From assembly GCF_018977255.1 (NCBI RefSeq), contig NW_024704762.1:10168001-10232000 (forward strand): DNA of 64,000 nucleotides, written 5' to 3'. Origin of the DNA: Callorhinchus milii (taxonomy: Eukaryota). The translations under genes and the position numbers were made by a program. The notes below the pieces were generated by a model. It saw only the letters and a list, made by a program, of their open reading frames with translations. It had not been told where the DNA came from and did no database searches. Below are positions 23,326-49,155 of the stretch, one piece after another (the stretch's first letter is position 1; each line of letters starts with the position of its first letter).

Positions 23326-26300
23326 ACACACAGACACAGTAAAACATGCCACACAACATACACCAAACACACAGACACACACACACAAAACAGAGTAACG
23401 TTGGGTCACAAATGTTTTTGAAACTTTTTCTCCTCTAAAATAATTAATAAACTTGTAATTAATATTACATTTCACACCAAACCTGGACCCTTATCAGTGT
23501 AATTAATGCAGCACTATCACTATATGAGCCGCACTCCTCTGAGCTCTCACTGGTGACCGCCCCCCAATCCCCCAACCCCCAGATCTGCTGTTGCTAATAA
23601 GCTAATGCCAGCGTAAGTGTGAAAGGAGAAGCAATCACTCTGGTGATGGCTCATCCGGCCCACCTCAGGGTGTTATGTTAGACCCCGAAACTGTGGTTTC
23701 TTTCTGCAGAAGCTGAGTCCAGGCAATGACACTAAACAGGGCAAAAGCTACAAACGGTAAAAATATCGTCGTCAATAATAAAAAGTGCAGAATTGCAATA
23801 ATAATAATAAATAAAAGCGCACACACACAAGCGAGCTAAGGCAATCAACTCTGGGGCAAAAGAGGTGCCAAAGCCTAAATGGTTTAGCGGTGTCCGGCTC
23901 ACTTACCTCGGCAGGTTGTTCCAGGAGAGCTCCAGTCGCCGGTATCTTGGCACCTTGTCCGTGTCGTCCCGTTCGGAATAAAGCCCACATCACAAGTGAA
24001 CGTGCACTCAGACTGAAAGTGCTGCTCACCGTACAGTCCCTCACATTTGACGCTGCCGTGGCTCGGTTTGGTAATCGCAGGACAAGATTGGACTGGAGCA
24101 CATAAACACACACAGGGCAAAATGTTCAGCTCAGCTGAGGGGTGGGGGGTGGGAAGGGGGGAGGCTGTGCCATCTGTGTCTGTGCCATCGCTATCTCTGT
24201 GGTGGTCTCAGATCGCTGAGCCAGGCGGGTCCACAGGATTCAAGCACGAAGATGGTCATCGTCGCCGTTCATCACTAAAGTGCCAGACACCACCCGACCG
24301 ACCCCCAGAATATTCTGCATGCAAGCCATAAATATTCCCGGCTTCATTCACTTACGAGAGATTCACTACAGCAAGACTCTATTGATTTGGTTAATTGACA
24401 ATTAAAAGCTTGTTATGCACTTGATAGCTATTTGGTTAATTAACAAATAAGCGTGTGTCCGTGCTCCACAACATATGATTGTGTTACGTCCCTCGGCTGT
24501 CTATACTGTACTTACCGTGTTCACAGTTTTTACCGGAGAAAACATGCTCACAATCACACGTGAAATCATTTGCCATCTCATTGCAGTTGCCTCTGGAGTT
24601 GCAAGTTGTCGGTTTGCATTGAACTGCGGGGAAAAGGGAACGCAGTGGTCAGTGTTGAGCTGGGGGTGGGGTGTTTGTTTGTGTCCGCTTATAAATCACT
24701 GGATTACAGAAATAGAAATTTACTGTGCAGGAAAAACCCATTAGTCCCATCGTATCAGAGTCTACACCAACTCTCAGACTGAGGTAGTCATTCAATCCCC
24801 TCTAATCCTACAATTGTCTCTGTCTCTATCCTAATGAAACTGTATGTAATAGTCCTTACATTTTGATACAATGCCTTATGACATCTTCAAGACTTCTCAA
24901 AGCGCTGCACAAAATATACTATAAACAACAACAACAAAATGACATTTATAGAGCGCCTTTCACATCGGGAGGACGTCCCAAAGCGCTGAACAGTCAGGTG
25001 TCGGGGCCCGAGCCGGGGGGAGGGATGGGGTTGGGGTGAGGGAAGGCAGAGAGGTGGGAGTGAGATAAAAGGCACAGTCGAGAAGGGTCTTGAGACCCTC
25101 CTTGAAGGAGGTAAGGGAGGAAGCGAGGCGAAGGGACCGTGGGATGGAGTTCCAGAGTGTGGGGGCAGAGAGGCTGGAAGCCCGGCCACCGATGGTAGGG
25201 CGGGAGACATTGAGCAGCCGGAGCCCGCTGAACGGATGGAGCGGGCAGGTTGGTAGGAAGTCAGCAGGTCAGAGAGGTAGGAGGGGTCAAGGCTATAAAT
25301 GGTGTAGTGACTGTATATTTTGTGGGTGAAATGCGGCAACAGCAACAAGATTACATTTGTATAGCGCCTTTCACGGCAGGAGGACGTCCCAAGGCACTGG
25401 AAATTATACACAGCAAAGTCCCACAAACAGTCGTGGTTTGAGTGACCACATATATTTTTTAAAAAAGGGATTATTTATTAAACGAAAACTTCCTGGCGTC
25501 AGTCTTGAAATTATCCTTTGCAACCCTCAGCTGTGTCCTTTGGGTTTCTATCTCAGTATGTCAGAAAGTATTGCTTTGACTTTACATTTTCACTTCCCAT
25601 TTATAATTTTATACACAGCTCTGAGCTGTGAGCAACTCGCAACATGTAATTATGACGGCTTCGGAAAATGTAGTCTCTGCCTAAAAAACCCATAGCTCCC
25701 AAATAAAGGCAACAATAGGGAACCGGAGGTGCAGTTTGTCTCATCTATTCGCCAGTCTTATCTGTCCCACTTGGAGGCAACCTCGAGAGCATAATCCACG
25801 CTTACTTCACACAAGTGAAGAGAAATCTGATAAGTGGGGACTTACATTCCTGGCACACGTAATACTTGCTGCTCGAGCAAGATACACTATTCCATTTGTG
25901 GTCACTATGTAACTCCGCACAATATTCATAAGCCAAAATGCGGTTGCTGGGCTCTCCAGACCCCCATTTGGTGTAGGACACTGGTTGATTGGAGCCTGTG
26001 AGGCACCAATTGCTCCCACACTTGGTCACTCCAAACCAAACTCTGTTGACACCAGTCACCTCCACCAGATACCGATGGAGCTCTTCGCTGTAGACTTCAG
26101 CCAGTCCATCGGAATGTGCTTTGCAGTCCTCGGATGATTGTGGAAATGTCTTTGGTACTTGGAACAACTTGAAGACGACACTTTCAGAAACGCACAGACA
26201 CCCTAAACACATGGAAACAGCAGATTAGAAACAACATACAGGGAACAAACCGTTCGCTCAGGTTATGTGACCAAATTTAGTGGGGAGAAGCCCTGTCCCT

Positions 26301-26705
26301 TCCAAGTTCTGCTGATGGGCCAGGCTGGGCTGGTGTGATCAGCAATGCCCTGGAGCACTGCAGACACGTCGCACTCAGGAACAAGACTACTGAGGGAGAC
26401 AGAGAGAGAGACTCTCACAGAGGATTGACTGGATTCCAACATCCCTTTGCCAAGCACATCACCTTAGCTTCAAGGAGAAGCACTTACCTCGTTTCTCTCA
26501 CAAGGAGAATAGTCATCATTTCTTGCAAATGGACGGCACTGAATTCAGTGGATTTAATATGATTGCGAAAATGGAAATGTAATAGTTTCGAGGTTAGGTT
26601 TTACAAAACCACAATTAATTGAAACAACGTTAAAAAAATGACAGCAGTTAAATAATAAATGTTCGTACCAGACAGGAGAAGAAACCGTGAGACGTTGGCA
26701 ATCAT
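21692..26705 (-). CDS. Selectin-like gene copy B (SP-CTLD-EGF-CCP-CCP-TM-ITIM tail), 394 aa, 8 coding exons
   Basis: join(26705-26669, 26202-25846, 24623-24516, 24092-23907, 23266-23087, 22965-22843, 22420-22396, 21860-21692) = 1185 nt. All introns are GT-AG and the frame is open. Confidence 0.88.
21885..22229 (-). mobile_element. Full-length tRNA-derived SINE
   Basis: Head GGAGTCCTGTAGCTCGGTGGTTAGAGC...GGTTCGATTCCC (A and B boxes), body, shared 3' tail and (TTA)n end. Sibling copies at ~29573-29848 and ~62138-62456. Confidence 0.85.
22396..22420 (-). CDS. Selectin-like B 25-nt micro-exon
   Basis: Same splice sites and phases as copy A. Confidence 0.8.
22843..22965 (-). CDS. Selectin-like B transmembrane exon (123 nt)
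   Basis: (C)[40 protein letters not shown]; 15 nt longer than copy A, in frame. Confidence 0.88.
23087..23266 (-). CDS. Selectin-like B CCP2 exon
   Basis: As copy A except YGRLNC versus YGELNC. Confidence 0.92.
23907..24092 (-). CDS. Selectin-like B CCP1 exon
   Basis: Protein identical to copy A (one synonymous change seen). Confidence 0.93.
24516..24623 (-). CDS. Selectin-like B EGF exon
   Basis: As copy A except GNCNEM versus GNCTEM. Confidence 0.92.
25846..26202 (-). CDS. Selectin-like B C-type lectin exon
   Basis: As copy A except ELHSDHK versus ELHNDHK. Confidence 0.93.
26669..26705 (-). CDS. Selectin-like B start/signal-peptide exon
   Basis: Identical to copy A: [13 protein letters not shown]|gtacga. 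Confidence 0.75.
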
Positions 26706-27661
26706 TCTCCCGGGAGAAAGCCCAGTGACCACACCAACCTTGAGGGAGATTCCAAACTAAGTGCAGAGGCAGCTCCGAGAGACAGATGACCAGACCTCAC
26801 AGTCTGCTGAACGGAAGCAGAATCTGTCATTGAAGCCAACCCTCAACTTTGGTACAAAAGTGGATCCAATCTTTTGTTTCTGAGACTCCTCCCAGCACCG
26901 GCAATAGTTAATCCACAAAATAGTTTGTGAGTGAATCTGAGAATCCTCTGGTATCGCTTCCCTGTAGATCTTAGCCTTGGTACAGACCAACCATGATGTT
27001 TAACATCCCCTCAGCTCTTACACAATCCCGGGGTACCTACCACATAGTCTGTATAGTCATTACCAGCGCACACGCAGACACATACACACACACCAACCAC
27101 GCACACACATGCACACACACATACCAACCACGCACATACCAACCGTTCACACATACACACACACCAACCACACACACACCACTCATACATATAACAGCCC
27201 ATTTCTTCTGTAATTTTTTATATTTTGGTGTTATGTTTAACAATAACAAATTACATTTACACGGCGCTTTTCACATCAGGACTTCTCAAGGCACTGGACT
27301 GTCAGGGATTTGGACCTGAGCTGGGAGTTGGGACGAGGGGGGGGGTAGGAGGGTGACAGTCGACACGGTCAAAGAGGAGGGTCTTGAGGCAGGCCTTGAA
27401 GGAGGCAAGGGAAAGAGCGAGGCGGAGGGAATGTGGGATGGAGTCCAAGGACAGAGAGCCTGAAGGCCTGATCGCCGCTACTGGGGCAGGCTGGGCGGAG
27501 GACCGGGCGAGGGATGTGGGGTGGCCCGAAGCCTGCTGAGCCGGAGGGAGCTGGCAGAAGAACACAAGAAATATCATGAAAACATTGACACGAGACGCAC
27601 AAATCTAGGTTTTTAAAATGCTTTATTTGCGACAACGTAAATCTCTTTTCCCCCCCGTTAC

Positions 27662-27800
27662 CGTGGTTTGCTCATTAGCTCCCACACCAGTACTGGATTA
27701 GACCATCACAGCGTACGCTTATATAGGTGACACCTCGGTTAGAGCATTACACACTCCAACATGGCTCAAGGGATCTCTCTCAGGGGAGGGCTGATTGGTG
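27662..27800 (-). promoter_or_regulatory. Candidate core promoter of selectin-like B
   Basis: TATATAAG at 27725-27718, CCAAT upstream and a GTAACG donor at 27661; near-identical to 21225-21410. Confidence 0.55.
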
Positions 27801-29572
27801 AATTTACACACGACGAGGGTATAAATCAGAGCTGTACACCCCGTGTGTGTGTGTGTGTATTAATAAGGGGAGTTTTACTAGTTTATTATTGAATCTCCCA
27901 CTGGTGCATCGCTTTGCTCTACCTCACTCAAGGCTGCTGTAGACAGAACCCTGAAGCAGAAGCCAATTCTCGTACACTTAAATCCCATTAAGTGTAACCA
28001 GCTATGAAACTGAATATCCCATTGCCCCCCCACCCCCCGGTGAGAATTCCAAGTGCCACCCTGGAACACTTGGCACCCAATACATTGTGTGGGCTCTGTT
28101 TTGTTCAAACAGCAAAAGAAACTCATAACGTTTCAAAGTTGTCCTATCTACAAGTTAATTTATCTGGCTGCTCCCTGCTAGCAGATTTTCGATTAGATCA
28201 TTCATTGTACAGCCTTTTCCCCCCTCCGTTCACTCACACCCACCCCCTCGCCCCACACAAACTCTGCACACTCCCCGTACTTTGCGCCCTTTTGTGCTGT
28301 GCGCAGGAAGTGATGTGAAAGGTATCTCGACAAGCCCCGACGAGACATATTGCGCGCACTCCCCTTTTGAAGCGAGTGTGAGATATTGGACCCAGTGCTC
28401 GGGGATTAGAATAGGGTGTTCCCTGTATTACAGGGGTGGATAGGAACACCAAGTGGCAACCAACAAATGGTGCTGACAAACAGTCATTTCTGTAGACTGA
28501 CTCACTACCAAGGGTCAGTTCTCAAACCTCCCGCTTTGTAAAGTGCACGTGTGTGTGTGTGTGTGTGTGTGTGTTGGGAGGGGGGTGGGGGGAAACAATA
28601 CTCGCTGAATGCCAAGATCGTGAAACTTCTGCTGAGAGGACGTGAAGGTTTGCTGTCAAACAAAAGGCTGTGGATTATGGCTGGATCCACTAACATTTCC
28701 AAAGCTGAGGGGGAAAGATATCTGTTAGATCAGGGATTCAAAGGATATGTAGCCAGGGCGGGTAATTGGAGCTGAGGTACAGATCAGCCATAATCTAATA
28801 GAATGGCGGAATAGGCTTGAGGGGCTGAAGGGCCTGCTCCTGTTCCTGTGAACAATACACTTCCCCATGCACCGGCGAGATTGTAGACATCTCAACAAAA
28901 ATGGGTTGACAAAGCTGAACTGTAGTGAGAATACATTTAGAATAAGTTTACTGATCATTTTATACATTCATCATACAATATCTAGGATACGAAGTACTCT
29001 TGAATTTACAGTTTCACATGATATAGTTGCTCGTGAATGCTAACAGGCAGTTTCAAAAATAAAATTGCCAATACATTCAAGCAGTCTAAAGAAGCAAAAA
29101 AAAACTTTAGTCTCCATTAAGTAAAGCCACAGCTTTGTGTACTGACTGATTAAAAGGGCTGCAAACAGCACTTCCACAGGCTGACAAAACAATCATCGCA
29201 ATACGCCGTCAACCTTCACAGCATTACTGTGGTGCCAATTGCAGTTCACTTACTTGTGTGCGCTTTTTTTTTACTCCTGTTTCTGCTCATCACAGAGTCC
29301 ATCCACACTTTAGGGCAGACACACGGAGCCAGATTCATTGTTTGTCTTTGTTGGTCAGCCGGGTGTCTGACGCACACCGGAAACCCGTCACCGCGCTTAG
29401 AGTATCCAAACCACATATTGACACGCTCTACATGTGGGAATTTGCCTGCGTGAAGTCAGCTTGGTTGTAGTAGTGGCTCCGTCACTGGCCTTTTAAACCG
29501 ACATATTAGACCTCCCCCCACTCCCAAAAGACAATCCTTTCAGAGGGAGAAGACATCAGAGACTTTGGAAGA

Positions 29573-29848
29573 GAATTGACTGTATATTTTGTGGGCAAAA
29601 TATGACAGCCAATTGCACACCTCAGTGTCCCACACAGTCGTGGGTTGAGTGACTAAATTATTATTTTTTGGAGGGATTATTACCTTATTAAGCAATCCAC
29701 CAATCGACTAACAACCGGGAACCTACTTGCTGCTAGGTAAACAGAGGCGTGAGGATTAAGGAAACTTAGCCAACGTTTCGCCCTGCCCGGGAATCAATCC
29801 CAGGTCCTCTCGCTTGCAAGGCGAGTGCTCTAACCACTACAGAACTCC
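29573..29848 (-). mobile_element. tRNA-derived SINE (same family as 21885-22229)
   Basis: tRNA-like head and body align by eye with the 22 kb copy. Confidence 0.75.
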
Positions 29849-31752
29849 ACTCTACGAGTCTGGGAGAAATTATGCTACAAAAGGAGAGAAATTCTGTGGC
29901 TCTGGCTTTGGGGATAAATCCCGGTGCTTTGCAAACACTGACTTCAAAATAGAGAAAAATACGTAATTTACACACTTCATGTTGGCCTGACACTGCGAAT
30001 GCAAAATAAAACACAATACTGTCAATGTTATTTACAAATTCTCTGTCTGTTTCATGTTAGCCACAACTAGTAGTCCCGCACCAACATTGTTGGCCAAATA
30101 GCACCTTTGTGGCTACTAGCTTTGTATTTGCAAATTTGTGACTTAATAATAATAATAATAATAAACACAAGTTATTTGACCGTTAATTACAATAGGTTTT
30201 TTTCCCCCTACAATTAGCATTCCCAAGATTCCCAAGGTTTCCGCAGAGCTACAAAAGGTATGTGAGGGGCAGGCTCCTTTTAAAGAACTGTCCTCACAAC
30301 AAAGAGCAAAATGAACAGACACTATTATCATTCCACAATGATTCTCTTCAGTGTTATTATAATAGTAATAATCCTTGCATTTGAAATCTAGCCTTATCAC
30401 GTCTTTGAGACACCGCAAAGCGCTTCAGAGAATATACTGTAAAGTGAATTGACTATATTTTGTGGGCGAAACGCAGCAGCCAATTGCGCACAGCAGTGTC
30501 CCACAAACAATCATGGATTGAGTCACCAAATTATTATTATTATTTTTGTGAAGGGATTATTACCACCGGAAAAGCGAACTGTCAATCGACTTGACAACCG
30601 CGCTCCTACTGTGCACATCCCATACAGGTCTGGGTGTGAGATTCAGAGCGCTCCAATCCTTAACAGACAGCATCAAGCCAGGAGGAATATTAAAACTTTT
30701 CAGAAAGAAAGTGGGTATGTTTCTTTTTAAAAAAAACAAATCTTTTTAAAACAAAATCTGATTACAACATAAGATTATCGAATGACACTCTCCCATGAAT
30801 CAAATCCAATTCAAGTGCCATTAATGTTTTTAAAAAAAAGCATGAAACTTTATACTGATAGCTTCCTAAGGTGTACGTGTAGTTGTACGTGTGTGTGTGT
30901 ATACACGTGTTTAAAACATATGCATGTTTTAAGTAGTAACACAATCAGGATATTACAAAAAAAAAGCAATTATAACCAGATAATTTTACCAGGTAATTGA
31001 ACGGCCAGAGTTAAAAATAAATAACTGCAAACTTGAACTCACTTACTTTCGACTGAGCTTATGAAGGATTATTTAGTTTACAGACGGAAGGAAAGCGAAC
31101 GCTGTTTTGGTTGAGAATCGGAGTACAGCTGCTCCCTGTCAGTATGGAGAGGTTACTCACCATCGAGTTACTGCCTTCAGATCACAGACACAATGAGCTT
31201 TACGGGACAATACCAAAAGATTCTGGTTTGATTCTGCTCCTTGTATCACAGGTTTCCGATCTAGTCCGAGGGTGTTTGTTTGCTGAATCACATGCTACAT
31301 GCTCAACTGGAAGCCTTTCTCGTCTGCAGTTTGAATGTTCCAAGGCCCCGCTCGGGACTTTCTCCACTGCAATGCTTTGCTTTTCCTACGCAAACGTCAA
31401 GGCGTGAGAGCTCAACTCAGCTCAACGCTGGCTGCAGCCCCTGGTTACATAAGTGCTTTTCAAACGTCACAACGCAAAAAAAAATGTTTCTTTTAAAGAA
31501 TTGGCACCACAATATCAATACTCCCATATCCTGCCACAATACAGAGCTTGGGGGGGGAAGAGTGGGGAGAAGAAAAGCGATGCGTTTTACACTGCCAGCC
31601 ATTAACATTTAAAATAAAGCACAATATTTAAAAACTCTGCCCAGCAATAGGCACATCACCCTTCCTTTCAAATATACAGAGTAGTGGACAACCAGTTTGT
31701 ATTGTGTAGACCAGCCCAGCGAGCGGCTCCTGCCAGTTCCCACCGAGCTCAA

Positions 31753-44985
<13,233 letters not shown>

Positions 44986-45032
44986 CTTGGAGACGCGACT
45001 GTTGACAAGGCGGCGGCGGCGGCGGCGGCCGA

Positions 45033-46570
45033 GACACACACCCTCACACACACCCTCACACACACAATCACACACACAATCACCCTCACCCTCATACACA
45101 CCCTCACACACACCCTCACACACACAATCACACACACACTCACCCTCACACACACACTCACCCTCACACNNNNNNNNNNNNNNNNNNNNNNNNNNNNNNN
45201 NNNNNNNNNNNNNNNNNNNNNNNNNNNNNNNNNNNNNNNNNNNNNNNNNNNNNNNNNNNNNNNNNNNNNNNNNNNNNNNNNNNNNNNNNNNNNNNNNNNN
45301 NNNNNNNNNNNNNNNNNNNNNNNNNNNNNNNNNNNNNNNNNNNNNNNNNNNNNNNNNNNNNNNNNNNNNNNNNNNNNNNNNNNNNNNNNNNNNNNNNNNN
45401 NNNNNNNNNNNNNNNNNNNNNNNNNNNNNNNNNNNNNNNNNNNNNNNNNNNNNNNNNNNNNNNNNNNNNNNNNNNNNNNNNNNNNNNNNNNNNNNNNNNN
45501 NNNNNNNNCCCTCACCCTCACACTCACCCCCACACACCCTCACACACACCCTCACACTCACCCTCACACCCTCACACACACCCTCACACACACCCCCACA
45601 CTCNNNNNNNNNNNNNNNNNNNNNNNNNNNNNNNNNNNNNNNNNNNNNNNNNNNNNNNNNNNNNNNNNNNNNNNNNNNNNNNNNNNNNNNNNNNNNNNNN
45701 NNNNNNNNNNNNNNNNNNNNNNNNNNNNNNNNNNNNNNNNNNNNNNNNNNNNNNNNNNNNNNNNNNNNNNNNNNNNNNNNNCACACTCACCCCCACACAC
45801 CCCAATACATACCCTCACACACCCTCACACTCACCCTCACCTCGACACACACCCTCACACACACACCCACATTCACCCCCACACTCCCTCACTCACCCCG
45901 ACACACTTACCCCGACACATACCCTCACACACACCCACACCCTGACACTCACCCTCACACACTCCCTCACACTCGTCCTCGACACTCCCTCACACTCACC
46001 CTCAACACACACCCTCACACACTCACCCCGACACACACACTCACCCCGACACACACACTCACCTTCACACACACTCACCCTCACACACCCCGACACACTC
46101 CCTGACACACTCCTTCACACTCACCCTCAAACACTCCCTCACACTCACCCACTCCCTCACACTCACCCACTCCCTCACACTCACACACCCCGACACCCTC
46201 ACCCTCACACACTCCCTCACCCTCACACACACCCCGACACACACCCTCACCCCGCCTGTCACACTCACTGCCTGTCACTCACACACACACTCACTGCCTG
46301 TCACTCACACACACACACTGCCTGTCACACTCACACACACTCACTGCCTGTCACTCACACACACACACTGCCTGTCACACTCACACACACTCACTGCCTG
46401 TCACTCACACACACACACTGCCTGTCACACTCACACACACACACTGCCTGTCACTCACACACACACACTGCCTGTCACACTCACACACACTCACTGCCTG
46501 TCACTCACACACACACACTGCCTGTCACACTCACACACACACTGCCTGTCACTCACACACACACGCTGCT
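45033..46570. repeat. CA-rich simple/minisatellite arrays with assembly gaps upstream of BTBD2
   Basis: (CACACCCT)-type and (CACTGCCTGTCACTCACACA)-type units, with N runs. Confidence 0.9.
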
Positions 46571-46797
46571 TGTCGCACTCGCAATCCCCTCACCGCACAC
46601 ACTCCCATCGTTAACTAACAAACTCTCACTACACACTCACCGACTCACAAACTACACACACACTCCCTCGCACCACAGCGCACTCTCACACTCCCTGACA
46701 CTGACACACTCAATCTCTCCCGATAGTCACACAGCGACTCCACAAACAGATCCACCGACTGTCCGACCCCATAGTCTTTCCCTCAAACACACTTAAA

Positions 46798-47285
46798 GTG
46801 TCCTCTCCCGCACCAGACTCCGTGACCCTATCCCCCCCATCCTTGACCACTGGCTTCCCACCACACAGAGGATACGGTACACGATCCTGGTCCTCACCTT
46901 CAAAGCCCTCCATGGTCCTGCTCCCCCCCCGACCTCCTAACTCCGTACCATCCTGCTCGCTCCCTCCGCTCAGCGGCTTCCGGTCTGCTTCATGTCCCCC
47001 GCCTCGCTCGCCCTACTATATGCGGGCGGGCCTTCCGCCACTTTGCCCCCACCCTCTGGAACTCCATCCCGCATTCCCTCCATCTCGCCCCCTCCCTTGC
47101 CACCTTCAAGACCCACCTCAAGACGCTCCTCTTCGACCGTGCTTTCCATCTTCCTGCTTCCCTCCCACCCCCCCCCACTTAGACCCTGACCCTGAGCTCG
47201 GGTCCGTAACTCTTTCTGTCCAGTGCCTTGGGACATCTTCCTGACATGGAAGGAGCTATACACATGTAATTTTGTTGTTGTTGAA
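46798..47285 (+). mobile_element. L2-clade LINE 3' fragment
   Basis: Reverse-complement homolog of 15-718, ending in (GTT)n. Confidence 0.7.
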
Positions 47286-48055
47286 GAGCTCAAAAATTTG
47301 TTATATAAATACAAGGGCGTTATATAAACACAAGTTGCTGCTGTTGTTGGACTCAATCTCACTCACACAATGTCCCTTTAGGTATAAACTCCCTCCCTCG
47401 CTCCCACTCGCACACTCACTCCCCCTCGCGGACTGAGCCCGAGAACAAGTGGCTGTTCAGCGAGGACCATGACGGTTCAGGTGCAGTAACGTCAGCCCGG
47501 CTCAGTTCCACACACTCACCTCCGAGGCAGAGCAAGCGAGTTCAAGCTTCATTCACGTCAGGGCTTAAGAGCCTCGTGATCTTGGCTGACTTTCCAACTC
47601 AGTGGTTACAGGCATAGTCTGGGAACCCCATCAGAGACACAGAGACTCACTCACCTCCCTCCCTCACTCACTCACTCACAGAGAGTAATCCACAACCTTC
47701 TGACTCGAGAGAGGAGAGTACAGGCCAGCAGAGACCTGTGTACAGCAGCCACCAGGTGGGGCACGGTCTTGTCATTGTAACTTTTATTCATAAAAACAGT
47801 TAAATGGGACCAGAACAGAAGCTGATGGCTCATTGGGGATTCATTCACATCATCACTCAGTATCTCTGCGCACCCACCGCCCCCTGTGAGCATGGTTTCT
47901 CTCTCTCTCGCTCTCTCAGGTACGGTGTTAGATATGACATGGAGCCACATGTTAAACAAAATCTATTCATTTCCCCTGAGAGAGTTGCAAACCAATAAGT
48001 GTGTGTGGCAGCTTTAATGCACTCTTTGCAGCCAGTACAGCACACAACAAGGCAT

Positions 48056-48355
48056 CACAAACAGCCATGAAGTGAATGACCAGTTCTGTCTGGTGGGGCG
48101 GGGGCAAAGGTAAGTATTGTCAGCCAGATCAACGAGAGAAAGAGAAACTCCCTTGTCCTGTCCATTATTGCAATGGGATCCTTAACGTCCACCTGAACGG
48201 GGCTCAGGTGGGACCTTGGTTTAGCTTCTGATCCAAAGGATAGCGACTCCGACAATGTGCCACCCACACAGCATTGGGGCATCAGCCTTAGACCAAGAGC
48301 TCAAAGTCCCTGACGGGCTTGAACCCACAACCTTCTGATCTAAAGCTGAGAGTCA
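48056..48355 (-). mobile_element. Deu-type SINE copy
   Basis: Reverse-complement similarity to 2837-3258 (B-box and core). Confidence 0.55.
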
Positions 48356-49155
48356 GGCTAACAGACAAAACCGATGCATTTTTAATGTGAGACGGGGGCA
48401 GGAAGACAAAAAGCTGATGTGGGTGTGATTGAGATAAGGCTGTGCAGCAGCACGTGGTGCACTTGGAGATGTTGGCTTCTCAAACCATTGGCTCATTGTT
48501 GTCAGGCCTGTGACTCTCTCAGCTGTAGATTCTGGGGCCTCTCTTCATTGGTGATACAGCGGTTACTAAGGGAACATTTGTCTGTGTCCCGTCAGCCGGA
48601 AGGGAAATAGCTGCTGGGCTTCAAACAGTCACTTACTTGTACACTTAACACACAGTTGTGGAGAACTTCCACCTGGGTCGAGATTAACCGTAACCCAGCC
48701 AAGAATTGGCAAATTCATAAAGGCAGCTTTGATGAAGCTGGGTTTTCAGTAAATAATAATAAACAAATAAATATATAGATCTTTGCATTTGATTACCTTT
48801 CGGGTTTCCTCTTCCGAGCACGTTCCTCTGACATGGTCAGCCAGCGAGGTGACCAGACTGTTGGGAAACCCTTTTGTGTGTGCTGTGTAAGATTATGTCA
48901 CAGACTGACCAGTGGTGACAACTCTGACCCAACCAGCAGCTCCTGCTTTGCTTTGTGACTGGTCAAGTGGCTACAAGCTGCCATGAAATGAATGAGCAAT
49001 TTTATTTGGGGGTGGATTGTTGGCCAGGATAATCCAACCAAGGAGAGAGAAACTCCCTTTTTTCCAATAGGATCTTTAGTGTCCACCTGAAGGCCTGTTT
49101 TCATGGTGGAACATTCTATGTGGGGCAACAAGGTTTAGGACTGAAAACTGGAGCT

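Noticed and set aside
12303-26705. Assigning the symbol SELL/SELE/SELP
   Set aside because: The architecture fits, but the lectin motifs, long tyrosine-motif tail and genomic neighbourhood do not support one-to-one orthology without a phylogeny.
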